64,000 nucleotides of DNA from Candidatus Cloacimonadales bacterium (GTDB taxonomy: Bacteria > Cloacimonadota > Cloacimonadia > Cloacimonadales > JAIOQZ01), in contig OY771587.1 in NCBI GenBank assembly GCA_963674825.1, positions 3,136,001 to 3,200,000 on the forward strand. The letters are read 5' to 3'. This document shows, piece after piece, positions 1 through 9,542 of this stretch (position 1 is the first letter of the stretch; the number at the start of each line of letters is the position of its first letter). Below the pieces are notes generated by a model that ran no database searches, was not told the origin of the DNA, and saw nothing but the letters and a program-made list of their open reading frames with translations. The position numbers and the translations under genes are program-made.

Positions 1-1
1 G

Positions 2-646
2 GAGTCAATCGCGAATTACGTTCGCATCAAAGATCAGTTCCGTCGTTACCGTCGTATCGAAAAGTGGTTTGAAACCCAGGGCCTTGTTCCCAACATACGG
101 CATGTTGCGAGCAGCGCTGCGACAGTTATCCATCCCGATATGCGTTTGGATATGGTTCGGGTGGGAATCCTGCTTTATGGCCTCTGGCCCAGCCGGGAGA
201 CGTATATCTATCACGTTCGCAATCGCAAATCGAAGGAAGATCCCTTACGGCGTGTCATAAGCTGGAAGAGTCGCATCATGAACACCAAGAAAGTCAAGAC
301 AGGCGAATTCATAGGCTACGGGACGAGTTTCCTTGCGCAGGACGATCTGGAGATTGCCTCGGTGCCGGTTGGCTATGGACATGGCTTCTCGCGTTCTTTG
401 TCAAACTCCGGGCGCGTGCTGGTCCACGGCCATCGGGTAAGCGTTGTTGGAGTGGTGAACATGAACATGATGATGATCAACGTTTCCGATATCGATCATG
501 TTCGTAAGGGGGAGGAAGTGGTGCTCATCGGGCGTCAGGAGGATCTCGAAATCAGTATCGCGAGCTTTGGTGAATTCAGCGATCAAATGAACTACGAGCT
601 CTTGACAAGGCTTCCGATGAACATCCCACGCATCGTGACGGATTAG
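2..646 (+). CDS. alr: Alanine racemase, 5'-truncated by the window edge
   Basis: Frame is open from base 2 (ESIANYVRI...RHVASSAA..HPDMRLDMVRVGILLYG). Contains the C-terminal motifs IGYG, VPVGYGHG, GVVNMNMMM and YELLTRL. Confidence 0.93.
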   Translation, partial: ESIANYVRIKDQFRRYRRIEKWFETQGLVPNIRHVASSAATVIHPDMRLDMVRVGILLYGLWPSRETYIYHVRNRKSKEDPLRRVISWKSRIMNTKKVKTGEFIGYGTSFLAQDDLEIASVPVGYGHGFSRSLSNSGRVLVHGHRVSVVGVVNMNMMMINVSDIDHVRKGEEVVLIGRQEDLEISIASFGEFSDQMNYELLTRLPMNIPRIVTD

Positions 647-1230
647 TTCTCGCTCCAGTTTTTTATTGAATCATACCGAAAACATGTCACAACATGGTCG
701 TTCACCATCCCGACCGCCTGCATGAATGCGTAGCAAATTGTGCTGCCCACAAACTTGAATCCGCGTTTCTTCAGCGCTTTGCTCATAGCGTCGGATTCGG
801 TAGTAGATGCGGGGATTTGTGATAGGCTGTCCCACGCGTTGTTGATGGGCTTTCCATTAACAAATGACCAGATGTAGGCGTCGAAGCTTCCGAATTCCTT
901 CTGGATTTCCAGAAAAGCCTTTGCGTTGACGATCGCCGCGTTCACCTTGAGCTTGTTCCGTACGATTCCGGGATTCTGTAACAGCTCGTCGATTTTCTTC
1001 TGGTCGTACTGCGCGATTTTCGTGGCATCGAAGTTATCAAATGCGCTCCTGTAGCTCTCGCGTTTCTTCAGGATCGTAGTCCAGCTCAGTCCGGCCTGTG
1101 CTCCTTCCAGAATGAGCATCTCGAACAGCAGCCGATCGTCATGCACCGGGACACCCCATTCTTTGTCATGGTAGTCGATATTGAGCTGATCGTGATTGGC
1201 CCATGAACATCTTTCCATTGTTACCTCCAT
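643..1230 (-). CDS. tag: DNA-3-methyladenine glycosylase I
   Basis: RCSWA, YHDKEWG, LEGAQAGLSW, FKFVGSTICYAFMQAVGMVNDH motifs. Confidence 0.97.
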   Translation of the reverse strand: MEVTMERCSWANHDQLNIDYHDKEWGVPVHDDRLLFEMLILEGAQAGLSWTTILKKRESYRSAFDNFDATKIAQYDQKKIDELLQNPGIVRNKLKVNAAIVNAKAFLEIQKEFGSFDAYIWSFVNGKPINNAWDSLSQIPASTTESDAMSKALKKRGFKFVGSTICYAFMQAVGMVNDHVVTCFRYDSIKNWSEN

Positions 1231-2745
1231 CTATCTTCTATTCTTGAACGGCCTTCGATCCTGCTTGCAGATAAGCTGAACAACATTGCGGCCCGATTTG
1301 AGCGCAGTGGGAAGACCACCTCCCGGCTCAACCCACTGACCGGTCATGAAGAAGTCCTTCAACCCCGGCAGTGTCTTGCGCATCATCATGCCCAGCGTCT
1401 TGGGCGTGACCCGCCATCCCATGTACGCACCGTGGTGATTTCCAGTGAATCGCTCGAAGGTGAGTGGCGTGGCCACGTCGGTCATTTCCACTTTCTTCGA
1501 TAATCCCGGAAATTTGCGTTCGAGTTGCTCCAGCACGTCCTTTGCAGCCTGCTTTTTTACTGCGTTGTATGTATGCGGATCGTCGTGCAGATCGTTCCAA
1601 TAATCCCAGTCGGATTCGATGATTACTTTCACGAAGGTCTTGCCGATGGGGGCAAGAGTAGGGTCGAAGGTGTATGCCAGAACTGTGAGCCAGTTAATGT
1701 CGCGTCCACCGATGGCGAGTGACCGGTTTGTTTCGAAGGTGTATCCCGCAACCGATTGAGGGAAGTCGTGCATGGGATCGTTGATTCCCAGAGATATTTG
1801 CATGATCGGCATGATGGTCGGCAGGTCATCGTAGTATGATTGGAGATTCTCGTCTACGAACTTTCCATCCAGCATTTCGAAAAGCGTTGCATAGCCGTCC
1901 GCGGCTGAAATCACGATGTCTGCTCGATGCTCGGTACCGTCACGTAATCGCACGCCGTATGCTCGCCCCTTCTCATGCAGTATCTTTTCTACCGGCTTCT
2001 CGTAGTGGATTGTTCCACCTGCATCCAGGAAGGTCTTTTCGATCGCTTCGGTGAAGGGCATAGAGCCGCCGACAGGATAACCGGCCATCTTCTCATGTAG
2101 CATCCCGAAGGTCATCAGGATGGGCAGCATGGGCAGTTCTGGATTGCTGCCGAACACATTCAGCATGGCCTCGCTGAACATCCGTCGCAAGAAGGGATTT
2201 TTTATTCGGCGCGAGAATTCGGTAATCGTGACGTCTTTCCATGCCCCGAAGGCCGGCATAAAGGGGATCATCCCGATCATCATCTTAGCGATATCGCCGA
2301 GATTCATGACTTCAGGTGCCTTGTCGACGGGCATCGGCATCTTCCCGAGTTTGTGCATGGCTTTGCCGATCTTTCGTATAAGTTCCTCGTCTTCCGGTGC
2401 GAGCTCGATGAAGTGTGTTGTCAGCCGTTCGATATCAGAGTACAACATCAACTTCTTTCCGTTCAGATCCTCAAAACTGGCATAGATATCGTGGTTTACG
2501 ATCGTGCGATCCTGGATCGCCCCGACTTCATCCCATAGTTTGTAGAAGTCATTTCCGGGTTTGGTGCTAACCAGCCAGTGGATGCAACTGTCCACCGTGT
2601 AGCCTTGCCGTTCCCAGGCTGTGCAGCAACCGCCGGGTTTGGTGTGTTGCTCGAAGATCGTTGCCTTATATCCTGAAAATTGGGCGTAGATCCCAGCGCT
2701 GAGCCCGGCAATCCCACCTCCGATGATTATCATGCTATTTCGCAT
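1231..2745 (-). CDS. Phytoene desaturase-family NAD(P)/FAD-dependent oxidoreductase
   Basis: IIIGGGIAGL Rossmann motif, DVATPLTFERFTGN, GQWVEPGGGLP. Start moved to ATG 2745, which follows an AAAGGA RBS. Confidence 0.85.
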   Translation of the reverse strand: MRNSMIIIGGGIAGLSAGIYAQFSGYKATIFEQHTKPGGCCTAWERQGYTVDSCIHWLVSTKPGNDFYKLWDEVGAIQDRTIVNHDIYASFEDLNGKKLMLYSDIERLTTHFIELAPEDEELIRKIGKAMHKLGKMPMPVDKAPEVMNLGDIAKMMIGMIPFMPAFGAWKDVTITEFSRRIKNPFLRRMFSEAMLNVFGSNPELPMLPILMTFGMLHEKMAGYPVGGSMPFTEAIEKTFLDAGGTIHYEKPVEKILHEKGRAYGVRLRDGTEHRADIVISAADGYATLFEMLDGKFVDENLQSYYDDLPTIMPIMQISLGINDPMHDFPQSVAGYTFETNRSLAIGGRDINWLTVLAYTFDPTLAPIGKTFVKVIIESDWDYWNDLHDDPHTYNAVKKQAAKDVLEQLERKFPGLSKKVEMTDVATPLTFERFTGNHHGAYMGWRVTPKTLGMMMRKTLPGLKDFFMTGQWVEPGGGLPTALKSGRNVVQLICKQDRRPFKNRR

Positions 2746-2880
2746 TGGCTGTCCTTTTCGTATTTGAACTGCTATTTTGTGAGAAACGATCACCAGCATG
2801 ACGATCAGAAACATTGCTGTCAATCGAGAAAGTTGTGAAGGTAGGATGCATGCTGAGTAAGAAGTGGATAAGCATATAAC

Positions 2881-2907
2881 AAAAAACCCCATCCGATTGG
2901 ATGGGGT
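2881..2907 (-). terminator. Intrinsic terminator downstream of tRNA-Asn
   Basis: CCCCATCC-gatt-GGATGGGG hairpin followed by a T-run on the minus strand. Confidence 0.75.
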
Positions 2908-2943
2908 CGATTTTATTCACTGCACCTAGTGCAGATTATTGTC

Positions 2944-3018
2944 TGGCTCCTGAGGAGGGATTTGAACCCCCGACCTGGTGGTTAACAGCCACTCGCTCTA
3001 CCACTGAGCTACTCAGGA
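2944..3018 (-). tRNA. tRNA-Asn (GTT)
   Basis: Reverse complement TCCTGAGTAGCTCAGTGGTAGAGCGAGTGGCTGTTAACCACCAGGTCGGGGGTTCAAATCCCTCCTCAGGAGCCA folds as a cloverleaf with a GTT anticodon and encoded CCA. Confidence 0.97.
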
Positions 3019-3103
3019 ACGCGCTAGCAACTCGGCTAAGAAATAAAATGCGTGATTCTCTGTCAAACAATTTTTCGTGTTTTTTTTGAGAATCATGGTT
3101 ATC

Positions 3104-4054
3104 TTATTGCCCCGACGCAGCATCCGATTTGAAATGCTCCGACGATTTGGTGAATCGATCGACGAAATCGCCACTCATACGATACAGGGTGGATGTGTCG
3201 TCGTTCAATTTCAGGGCCAGTTCGGTCTCGTCATCCTGCTTCGCATTGGCCACCTGGAAGTGAGTGACATGGCCGTCTTTCCCGGTAATGGTCACGTCCA
3301 GCGCTGGCGAATCGAAGAACGGTCCGAAGACATCCCATTCGTTGTCGATGAAACGCCCCGAGCGCCCCTGTTCCAGCACGTTGAATATCTTCAGGAGCTG
3401 CTTGTTGGTTCTCGGGACGGAGAAGGTGTCCTTGTCGTCCTGATAAACCCACAGCGTATCGGTCGAGGTGAGTGAGTACGAATTTTTGGAATAGGTCACA
3501 TCGATGCGCTCGATCGTTTCGGGCACGAACTCGAGGATTTCCTTTTTACGCCATGTGATCAGCTTCGGCGACAAACGATAGGCTATGTTCTCATTGAACT
3601 GGTAGACTACCGGGTCGTTCAGGTGACGCACATTGCTGTAGCTCGCATTATCGCTCTTGCCGACGACGATAGCGTCGAGAAGGTTGCCGTCTTCACCGTA
3701 AAGCTCTAAAACACTACCCAGTTCTGGGGTGACATTGTATGCTTGGTGTGACGATTCGTTTTCCGCCAACGGAATGCTGGACACTCTGCCGTTGACAACA
3801 CGCTCGAACAACTCGTGAATCTTGCTGTTTCCGGCGGGGAAATCCATAGGTTGTGTGATGAACCATTTTCCCTGACGGCGCTCAAGCGTGAGTGTATCGG
3901 CTTTATCGTACATACGGATTTTCGCGATCTGGGTCGAATCGGCATCGATAATTCGGATGAAGGTCTCGCGTTCCTTGCCGGTTGTCTTCACAACCACAAA
4001 CACGACCACGAGCGCAACCAGAATCGCCAGATAGATCAGATTTTTCTTATCCAT
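3104..4054 (-). CDS. DUF4340-type membrane-anchored protein
   Basis: N-terminal TM, two repeated domains (KWFITQP..FPA, LELYG...IVVGK), typical position after a GldG-like gene. Confidence 0.75.
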   Translation of the reverse strand: MDKKNLIYLAILVALVVVFVVVKTTGKERETFIRIIDADSTQIAKIRMYDKADTLTLERRQGKWFITQPMDFPAGNSKIHELFERVVNGRVSSIPLAENESSHQAYNVTPELGSVLELYGEDGNLLDAIVVGKSDNASYSNVRHLNDPVVYQFNENIAYRLSPKLITWRKKEILEFVPETIERIDVTYSKNSYSLTSTDTLWVYQDDKDTFSVPRTNKQLLKIFNVLEQGRSGRFIDNEWDVFGPFFDSPALDVTITGKDGHVTHFQVANAKQDDETELALKLNDDTSTLYRMSGDFVDRFTKSSEHFKSDAASGQ

Positions 4055-5777
4055 AGAGCTCTCCTAACTTTTTGCGTCTCTTCTTCTGTGCCAGGAACTG
4101 GAAAAGGCCCAGCAACAGCAGAAGAACCGGCGGCAGAACGTAGTTGATCCACTTGACCACCAGCTTGAAGTCGTTTTCGCGCTGGCGGAGTTTCTTGGAC
4201 TCTTCCAGCAGTCTGGATGCGCCTTCAGGTGACTTGGAGTCAACGCCGCGAAGATCGGAGTTCTTGATAAACCGGGTGATATCGAGCGGACTGAATTCCA
4301 CCTCGCGAGAGCGAAGCTGAATCAGGTCAGCATTCTCACTCATGGCATCCAGGGCGTTCAGTACGAATATCTGATTAGGTGTTACACCACGCTGTCCTCC
4401 ACCATTGAGGAACTCGGCGTCGGAAACCATCAAGATGGTTCCCTGGTCGGTGTGGTTGAGCGAATCGGCGAAATCGGGTGCTTCGTCATCGGAGAAATAG
4501 CTGTCGAACGCACCGGTGTAGAGTGCAGCGATCACCTGGCTTCCGATATAGCCCTTATCACCATTGTTGAACTTCTCGATATCCTGCTGGAAAGAGTAAT
4601 AGGACGTCGTCGCAGTTTGATCGGAAGACCACAGCAGCGGCTGGATTGTCTGCCCCGGTTTTACCGCAGAGGTATCGATGGGTGAGGTGAAGTACATGAC
4701 CAGATTGCTCAAGCTCGAGACAATCGGGCTGTTTTCATTCACCTTGTTGATGATCGGTACATAGGGCATGTTGATCGCTGCCCCATAGAGGTTCCTGCGC
4801 TGTCCGCAACTACGGTCGAGAACAAGCTCGTCTTTCATTACGATTCCCCAGCGTTCCATGGCATCCAGCAGGTTCGATTTGATCGGAGTAACCGATTGCT
4901 CGACCTTAAGCTTGTCCTGGAACATCAGGATATTGCCACCGGACATAAGGTACTGATCGATGTTAAAGAGCTGGTTGATCTCGAGTGAATCACTGACACC
5001 TGTGAGGATTAGTGCTTGCACGTCTTTATCGAGCGGCATGTTGAGATCAGTGGAACGAATCTCATAGTTTTCGCTGATGAGCGATTTCACATCGTGAAGC
5101 GGATCGGCTTGCGCCATAATCTGCTCTTTCAAGTTGGTATCATACTGCATACGTTGCATGATCTGCGGGATTTGCTCCTCGCGGATGAAGGGGTAGGCCT
5201 TCTTGATCTGCGCAACAATGTCGATGTTCTCGTAGATTGCTACGATGGGAAGGTTGGTTGCGGTAAGCTTTTTGATCTTGGAGGTGATCTCGTATTCCAG
5301 GCCGCGTGTGTTTTGCACGATCGGGATCACGTCACTCTTACCGTGATAGAGCATGACAAGCCCGAGATAGGCGTCGCGCGCCACGCGCTTGTCATTTTCC
5401 CAGTAATTGACCTGCGCCGGAGAGATACCCTGTTTCTTGGCTTCTTCGGCAAAATCGACTTCGTTCGAGGGATCGATAAACTCGAAGTAGAGCTGGCCAC
5501 CGGATGCAGAGCGATACTCGGCGAGAAGGTCTTTGGTATATTGACGGACGTCGCTGAGCTCGGGTGGAAGGTCTTTGGTGAAATAGGCCTTGACCACCAG
5601 GCGGTCGGACAGCTTGTCCATCAGGTCGTTGCTGACTTTGGACAGGGTATAAACTTGTCCGCGGGTCAGGTCGATTCGTGTATAAAGGTTCAGCGACAGC
5701 AGGTTCACAAAGATGATGATGCCGATGAACAGCAGAAGGTTGATCCACATTGATTTGGTGTTTTTTATCTTCATCAT
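4047..5777 (-). CDS. GldG-family ABC transporter auxiliary component
   Basis: RIDLT..QVYTLS, FIDP, LEYEITSKI, IDQYLMSGG, LIQLRSR motifs; N- and C-terminal TMs. Confidence 0.85.
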   Translation of the reverse strand: MMKIKNTKSMWINLLLFIGIIIFVNLLSLNLYTRIDLTRGQVYTLSKVSNDLMDKLSDRLVVKAYFTKDLPPELSDVRQYTKDLLAEYRSASGGQLYFEFIDPSNEVDFAEEAKKQGISPAQVNYWENDKRVARDAYLGLVMLYHGKSDVIPIVQNTRGLEYEITSKIKKLTATNLPIVAIYENIDIVAQIKKAYPFIREEQIPQIMQRMQYDTNLKEQIMAQADPLHDVKSLISENYEIRSTDLNMPLDKDVQALILTGVSDSLEINQLFNIDQYLMSGGNILMFQDKLKVEQSVTPIKSNLLDAMERWGIVMKDELVLDRSCGQRRNLYGAAINMPYVPIINKVNENSPIVSSLSNLVMYFTSPIDTSAVKPGQTIQPLLWSSDQTATTSYYSFQQDIEKFNNGDKGYIGSQVIAALYTGAFDSYFSDDEAPDFADSLNHTDQGTILMVSDAEFLNGGGQRGVTPNQIFVLNALDAMSENADLIQLRSREVEFSPLDITRFIKNSDLRGVDSKSPEGASRLLEESKKLRQRENDFKLVVKWINYVLPPVLLLLLGLFQFLAQKKRRKKLGELYG

Positions 5778-5787
5778 GGTGCCGCTC

Positions 5788-6504
5788 CTATTTCCATTTC
5801 CTTGTTTCCATCACCACAACGGCAAGTCGCAGGAATAGAAGGGTCAGCGTGATAAAGTATATCAGATCTCGCGTATCCAGGACGCCGCGTGACATCTTAT
5901 TGTAGTGATACAGAACACTGATGTACTGGAAGAATCCTGTCAGGTAGCTGGGCATGAAGCTCAGCATGTACTGGAGCAGGAAAAAGAAGAACGCGATTGC
6001 GAAGCTGATGATGAAGGCGATGATCTGGTTATCGGTCAGGCTGGAAGAGAAAATACCGATCGAGCTATAGACCGCGCCAAGTAGGAACAGCCCGACATAA
6101 CCGCAGATGATGGGGCCGAAGTCGATGTTCTTGCCCAGGATCAGGATAGTGATCAGGTGGACGAACGTGAAAATCAGTCCCAGTCCGATTAGCTTTGCCG
6201 CCGCGATGAACTTACCGACGACGATATCGCTGTCGTTGAGCGGCATCGTAGTGAGGATTTCCAGCGTACCGGCGTTCTTTTCCCGTGCGATGGTACCCAT
6301 GGTAATCGCCGGGATGATGAACATGAAGATGGTCGGGATGATGTTGAAAAGCACCATCAGAGATGCCTGATTGTATTTGAACAGCTCGTTCGAAAAGGTC
6401 ACTCCTGCGAAAAGCAGGAAGACGATCAGCACGATGTATGCCGCCGGTGACTTGATGTAGCTGTTGTATTCTTTCTTTTGGATGATCGATGCGTAACTCA
6501 TCAC
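5788..6504 (-). CDS. ABC-2 type permease (GldF-like)
   Basis: SPAAYIV, IPAITMG, EKNAGTLEILTTMP, IVVGKF, RGVLDTRD; multiple TMs. Confidence 0.9.
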   Translation of the reverse strand: MMSYASIIQKKEYNSYIKSPAAYIVLIVFLLFAGVTFSNELFKYNQASLMVLFNIIPTIFMFIIPAITMGTIAREKNAGTLEILTTMPLNDSDIVVGKFIAAAKLIGLGLIFTFVHLITILILGKNIDFGPIICGYVGLFLLGAVYSSIGIFSSSLTDNQIIAFIISFAIAFFFFLLQYMLSFMPSYLTGFFQYISVLYHYNKMSRGVLDTRDLIYFITLTLLFLRLAVVVMETRKWK

Positions 6505-7478
6505 TCAGCCTCCTCTTGCTTCATCTGACGGGCTTCCGCCACACCTTCTTCTTCGACGGTGAGGTTGCGGAAGACCTTCTCCAGGCTGATCAGTTCGCGA
6601 TACATTTCCAGAAGCACCCATTCGCGCGTTTTGATGAACTTGTAAACCGCTTCACGACGATCATCACCACTGGGATATTCCAGCGTGATGTGATGAATGC
6701 CATCATCGTCCGTGGTGTATTTGAAGGTCTGAATGCCAGGCACCGCTTCGGTGATCGATTGCAATTCGTTCTCGTTTGCTTTTACGGTCAGCATAAGCTT
6801 GGTCAGTCCATGGAAGCTCGCTTTGAGTTCTTCGGTACTTCCGTTGGCGACGATCTTGCCTTTGTTGATGATCACGATGCGATCGCAGACTGCCTGCACT
6901 TCCTGCAGGATGTGGCTGGAAATGATGAGGGTCTTGTTCTTGCCGAGTTCCTTGATCAGTTCGCGGATTTCGAGGATCTGATTGGGGTCCAGACCGGTGG
7001 TGGGCTCGTCAAGGATCAGGATCTTTGGATCGTGGATTATCGCCTGAGCAAGTCCAACACGCTGGCGGTAACCTTTCGAAAGCGTCTGGATGGTGCGATT
7101 GACAACACCGTCAAGCCCACAGCGTGATACGACGCCTTTGAGGGTTCTCGCGAAGTCTTCGTCTTTGATACCGCGAGCATCGGCGATAAATTTCAAGTAG
7201 TCATAAACCAGCATATCTGGGTAAAGCGGATTGTTTTCGGGTAGATATCCGCAAAGCTGCCGGATTTCACGTGAATTGTCGAGGATATTGAGATGATCGA
7301 CCTGGATATTCCCCTGCGTCGGGGTAAGGTAGCCGGTGAGGATTCTCAATGTAGTTGATTTGCCGGCGCCATTTGGCCCCAGGAAACCGAGAATCTCGCC
7401 ATCCCGTACTTCGAAATCGATGTGATCGACAGCCCGAACATCCCCGTAATTCTTTACCAGATTTTGGATTTGAATCAT
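6501..7478 (-). CDS. ABC transporter ATP-binding protein (GldA-like)
   Basis: Walker A GPNGAGKST, signature LSKGYRQR, Walker B LILDEPT, SSH. Confidence 0.95.
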   Translation of the reverse strand: MIQIQNLVKNYGDVRAVDHIDFEVRDGEILGFLGPNGAGKSTTLRILTGYLTPTQGNIQVDHLNILDNSREIRQLCGYLPENNPLYPDMLVYDYLKFIADARGIKDEDFARTLKGVVSRCGLDGVVNRTIQTLSKGYRQRVGLAQAIIHDPKILILDEPTTGLDPNQILEIRELIKELGKNKTLIISSHILQEVQAVCDRIVIINKGKIVANGSTEELKASFHGLTKLMLTVKANENELQSITEAVPGIQTFKYTTDDDGIHHITLEYPSGDDRREAVYKFIKTREWVLLEMYRELISLEKVFRNLTVEEEGVAEARQMKQEEAE

Positions 7479-7618
7479 CGGGTCTCTCCTTTCTTCGGGG
7501 CTAAGTAGATTTGATGCTTGCCCTGTTATTTACTTACAACGGTTCAACGTCCTCAGAGCGCGAACGTTTCACATTTTAGACCGATGCAAAGAAAAACTTT
7601 TTATGTGGATAAAAGGGT

Positions 7619-8740
7619 CTATTCGAAATGGACTTCCTCATCCTCGTCCATGCTTGGTGGAGCAGAAAGCGAGATACGGTCGCCCTCTTCGAGACCGGAG
7701 ATGATCTCGACTTTCTGGAAGTCGTTAATACCCGTTTTCACAACGACTTCACCCGCGATCGTGTCGTTGACCACTTTATAAACGATGTCGTTACCTTCGT
7801 CGTTGTTGAAGATCGCGCGGATGGGAATGGTGACGATATCGGACTTGGTCTCGCCGATGATGGTCACGTTAGCAGTCATACCCGGCTTGAGGTGATCATC
7901 CGAATCGAGGATGGTGATTTCGATATCGAAGACCTTAACGTTGTTGCTCTCCTGGGCGGTAGCGGAAATCTTGGTGATCTTACCTTCGTAGTTCTTATAT
8001 GGGAAGGCATCGACCTGGATCGAAACGTCTTGATCTTTGTGGATCTTTGCGATATCGACCTCGTTGATGGATGAGCTGACAATCATGTTGGTAAGGTCGG
8101 CAAGCTTCACGATCACAGTACCTTCGGAATAGGATCCGATATCCGAGCGCACCATTTCGCCTTCTTCGACAAGCTTGTCGATCACGGTGCCCGATGCAGT
8201 GGCGACCACTTTCGCGATGGTGCCTTCGGTCTCGATATCTTCGATCAGCTGGTTCTGCTCGACCCATTTATCGTGCTCGAGATTCGCCTGAATGTATTCG
8301 TCTTCGGCATCGTCGAGTTCACGTTGTGAGATGAAATTCTTCTTGAAAAGCGAGCGGCTGTTCTGCACATCTTCCTCGGCGCGTTTCAGCCTGATTTCCG
8401 CGGAGCGAAGGTTATTCTTTATATTGGTTATCTGGGCTGACTGCTCGTAGGTCGGTTCAATGTACGCGATGATATCGCCGGTCTTCACATAGTCGTTCTC
8501 ATCCACGAAGAATTTGGTGACCTTTCCGCCGATCTTTGTCTTGATATCGATCTCACGAATTGGCTGGATCTCGCCGGTTTCTTCAAGCTTGATAACGATT
8601 TCGCCTTTTTCTACTTCCACCGATTTTACAGCGTTGAATTGGCCCATTATCATCTGAGCCTTCTTCTTCATGTGAACAACGCCAGCGACGATTACAGCGA
8701 TCACGACGATAACGATTATCCAGATAATCCACTTCTTCAT
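7619..8740 (-). CDS. Efflux periplasmic adaptor / membrane fusion protein (MacA/HlyD type)
   Basis: N-terminal TM, lipoyl halves around a coiled hairpin, INEVDI, VDAFP, LKPGMTA, EIISGLEEGD. Start at 8740 after GAGGTG. Confidence 0.9.
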   Translation of the reverse strand: MKKWIIWIIVIVVIAVIVAGVVHMKKKAQMIMGQFNAVKSVEVEKGEIVIKLEETGEIQPIREIDIKTKIGGKVTKFFVDENDYVKTGDIIAYIEPTYEQSAQITNIKNNLRSAEIRLKRAEEDVQNSRSLFKKNFISQRELDDAEDEYIQANLEHDKWVEQNQLIEDIETEGTIAKVVATASGTVIDKLVEEGEMVRSDIGSYSEGTVIVKLADLTNMIVSSSINEVDIAKIHKDQDVSIQVDAFPYKNYEGKITKISATAQESNNVKVFDIEITILDSDDHLKPGMTANVTIIGETKSDIVTIPIRAIFNNDEGNDIVYKVVNDTIAGEVVVKTGINDFQKVEIISGLEEGDRISLSAPPSMDEDEEVHFE

Positions 8741-8906
8741 AAACACCTCAGTCATTTCTTAAAACAGTGATAGTTACAATCTATGTATGCCTGTGAGGCG
8801 TCAAGACATAATTTCAGGAGTCTGGAGTATAAGTGCATGGAGCTGTTAACCAAAACTGTGGCTAATACGGTCAGACTGGAAAACGTAATCCAACAATACG
8901 ATGTAA

Positions 8907-9382
8907 CTACTCGTAAAACTTCTTCTTCTCTATCATGATGCCAACACGCTTCTGAAGATCTTCGAAATCGCCCCAGAATTCAAGCGAATCATTGATGAAT
9001 ACAAATCCGTAAGGCTTTGTATCGGTGATCTCATCATACCCACGGGTTTCGTAGTTATATACCTTTTTATCCCGCATTCCATGTTGTAAACCAGTATATC
9101 GATCTTCACGGGGTCGGTTACATCAGGGATGTTCTCAGTGAAGGTTGAAACGAATTTTACCTTGAATTTCTTGCTTGCGGAGACGTATTCATCAAGCATA
9201 TCCTTTCCTGTGAAGACGACTGCCAGTTCGCGAAATGGACCAGATTTTACATATTTGATAACCTGCTCCTTAGTCTGTCCCTGTTCGATGCTGCGTAAAT
9301 GATGCTCAGCGATCTGACCAAGTGAGCATGAACTGAAGATCAAAGCAAGTAATAGCGCTGAAATGATGGCAATGCTTCTCAT
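8907..9382 (-). pseudogene. Putative lipoprotein gene with an apparent frameshift
   Basis: Lipobox-like IFSSC. Near 9070-9085 a shifted frame gives a protein-like continuation RDKKVYNYETRGYDEITDTKPYGFVFINDSLEFWGDFEDLQKR...FYE* (stop 8907). Confidence 0.55.
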
Positions 9383-9451
9383 AAACTCCCCTTCATTCTT
9401 AATGAACTGAATTGTTTAACGGGATTCCGAAAGTGTCAAGAATTTAATCCG

Positions 9452-9525
9452 AGTGCCCCTCTGGGCACGCAGACGTCTTGTCCGCGTTCCATTAGAGAAG
9501 GGCAATCGCAGTGGATTGCCCCTAC
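9452..9525. repeat. Cluster of REP-like palindromes
   Basis: Imperfect palindrome tgggcacgcagacgtcttgtccgcgttcca, plus agggcaatcgcagtggattgcccctac (9499-9525), which recurs at 47508-47534 with one mismatch. Confidence 0.7.
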
Positions 9526-9542
9526 GGCTCAGAAAGCCGATT

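Noticed and set aside
2944..3018. tRNA-Asn as an island integration site
   Set aside because: No integrase, and I saw no duplicated tRNA 3' end in the window.
2901..3089. 62-aa ORF over the tRNA
   Set aside because: Antisense translation of tRNA-Asn.
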